Of a DNA stretch of 64,000 nucleotides, positions 63,201 through 64,000 are shown piece by piece. The notes beneath the pieces are model-generated. The model was given only the letters and a program-made list of their open reading frames with translations. It ran no database searches and had not been told where the DNA came from. Source of the DNA: Fimbriosthenelais zetlandica (lineage: Eukaryota). Position 1 is the stretch's first letter. Each line of letters begins with the position of its first letter. A program made the translations under genes and the position numbers. The stretch lies in assembly GCA_977030845.1 (NCBI GenBank), contig OZ365114.1:21390001-21454000 (forward strand), read 5' to 3'.

Positions 63201-63655
63201 ATAAGGAGCATGCTGGTGAAATTTTCATCATTTCCAGCATGACGCTCATCATATGAGGCGTATGGGTGGGGTGATGGTTGGGGGTGGTGGGTGATGGGCG
63301 ATATTAGGGGTGGGGTAGCACTAGATCAAGCAATCAGGGCTTGGTGCTGTGTAGGATGGGGAAATGATTGCTGGAGAATGACATGGAGCTGTGGTACAAG
63401 GCATTGCTGCACGGTGCTATTGGTGCCAATGTTTATAGCAGCAGCTGATGCTTCATGCTCCAGCCCCTACAATCCCGCCTCATTGCCAATAATAATACAA
63501 ATGCTGAATTCTCTCTCTAGGTGTATACACCTTCCCAAGTTCATTCACAATGGTTCTCACAATGATAAGTTATCATACGTATCCATATTTGAACATTATA
63601 ATAGCTTGTATACCGGGCATACGCTCTCAGAAGAGAGCAAAGGGCACAAGAAATG

Positions 63656-63665
63656 GTGACGTCAC
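63656..63665. promoter_or_regulatory. Full CRE palindrome
   Basis: GTGACGTCAC in a small CpG-enriched patch. Confidence 0.25.
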
Positions 63666-64000
63666 GTCCAATGTCGCTAGGCATTGAAACCCGACGTATA
63701 GTCATGTAATCGGTTACCCTAATTTGACGAAATATTGAATTCTTTCTTCTATAAGACGTGTTGGGGACACCAAGAACATCATATTATTTTCATTACAAGT
63801 TTTCCTTGTTTATGAAAGACAAGAATTCTTACGAGTTATAACCTATTTAGGTCGCACGGGACTGGGCGATAATTGGGGAGTTCCCAGCATAAAGTGAATT
63901 AGGGCTCGAGAGCCGATTTCTACAGGGCAAACTAGGTGCTTCGGGTGGCCTACACCCTGCTTTCTGACGTGAAATATGTTCTAAGTAACATTTCCATCTC

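Overview
This looks like eukaryotic, most likely animal, genomic DNA that is mostly non-coding. GC is about 40% by eye, with scattered GC/CpG-rich patches. The longest ORF in the track is 164 aa, and I see no operons, rRNA, tRNA, CRISPR array or intact transposase/RT. TACATGTA occurs at least 7 times, which fits a marine invertebrate such as amphioxus (weak inference). Best-supported items: (i) a phase-compatible two-exon model (35220-35482 + 35867-36248) whose spliced product matches the BRCT-domain pattern; (ii) a ~0.7 kb TIR-bounded, TTGCGG-rich element resembling a non-autonomous PIF/Harbinger derivative (29648-30368); (iii) four perfect AGGTCA half-sites in 39 bp, arranged DR2+DR4+IR9 (21679-21717); (iv) several housekeeping-promoter-like motif clusters with no recognisable gene body; (v) short tandem duplications, a (CTG)9 repeat, 12-13 bp hairpins and G-quadruplex-type tracts. 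I found no convincing novel multi-gene system. All protein-family resemblances are by eye and from memory, and none has been checked by a search.
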